Shown: positions 63,821 to 64,000 of the stretch, one piece after another
Layout: each line of letters begins with the position of its first letter
How positions within the stretch are numbered: position 1 is the first letter of the stretch
Assembly: GCA_003971905.1 (NCBI GenBank)
Contig: RSEE01000004.1
Location: forward strand, 1,178,001 to 1,242,000
Direction of reading: 5' to 3'
DNA from: Moniliella sp. 'wahieum'
Taxonomy: Eukaryota
DNA length: 64,000 nt
Notes under the pieces: model-generated
The model's input: the letters and a program-made list of their open reading frames with translations, nothing else
Database searches by the model: none
What the model was told of the DNA's origin: nothing
Program-made: the position numbers and the translations under genes

Positions 63821-64000
63821 TTACTCCTCATCCGAATCGGCGAGGTAAGCGCGCCTGCCACGGGATCCGAGCGCAGGCAACTCTTCTTCCGTCTCGCTCT
63901 CCTCATGCACCGCCGATGACTCCCTAGACGACGCATACGACGCACCACGACGGTGGGTGGCAGAACTGGCTTGGCGCCGCACCTCCGAGCGCGAGGGCAG
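63821..64000 (-). CDS. C-terminal fragment of an unidentified gene running off the window
   Basis: Acidic tail DEESETEEELPALGSRGRRAYLADSDEE* ending at TAA 63821-23. Confidence 0.3.
   Translation of the reverse strand: MPSRSEVRRQASSATHRRGASYASSRESSAVHEESETEEELPALGSRGRRAYLADSDEE

Overview
Gene-dense, GC-rich, intron-containing fungal DNA. The 5S rRNA type and protein motifs suggest a basidiomycete, probably smut-like (Ustilaginomycotina); this is inference only. Nearly every gene is broken by 1-bp indels, which most likely reflects an unpolished long-read assembly, so CDS coordinates are gene spans stitched across frames and introns. Recognisable genes in order: chitin synthase, frequenin, EHT1/ABHD-like hydrolase, a GH16-like plus acyltransferase-3 fusion, SED5, an atypical kinase, PTC2-like PP2C, ERF4-like protein, KRE6/SKN1, DBF2-like kinase, a dispersed 5S rRNA gene, RPS2, tRNA-Ala(TGC), YTP1-like protein, pyruvate kinase, PTM1-like protein, RFC4, RER1, a secreted GMC oxidoreductase, a DHA1 MFS transporter and a CLC channel. 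The main unexplained signals are three large ORF-poor intergenic blocks (about 12.4-12.95 kb, 34.15-35.5 kb and 43.1-43.8 kb). By eye they fold into nested long-range helices, with G-U pairs indicating the + strand; one is a telomerase-RNA candidate. A GH16/AT3 fusion whose GH16 domain appears catalytically dead is also notable. No CRISPR arrays or clear transposons were seen.
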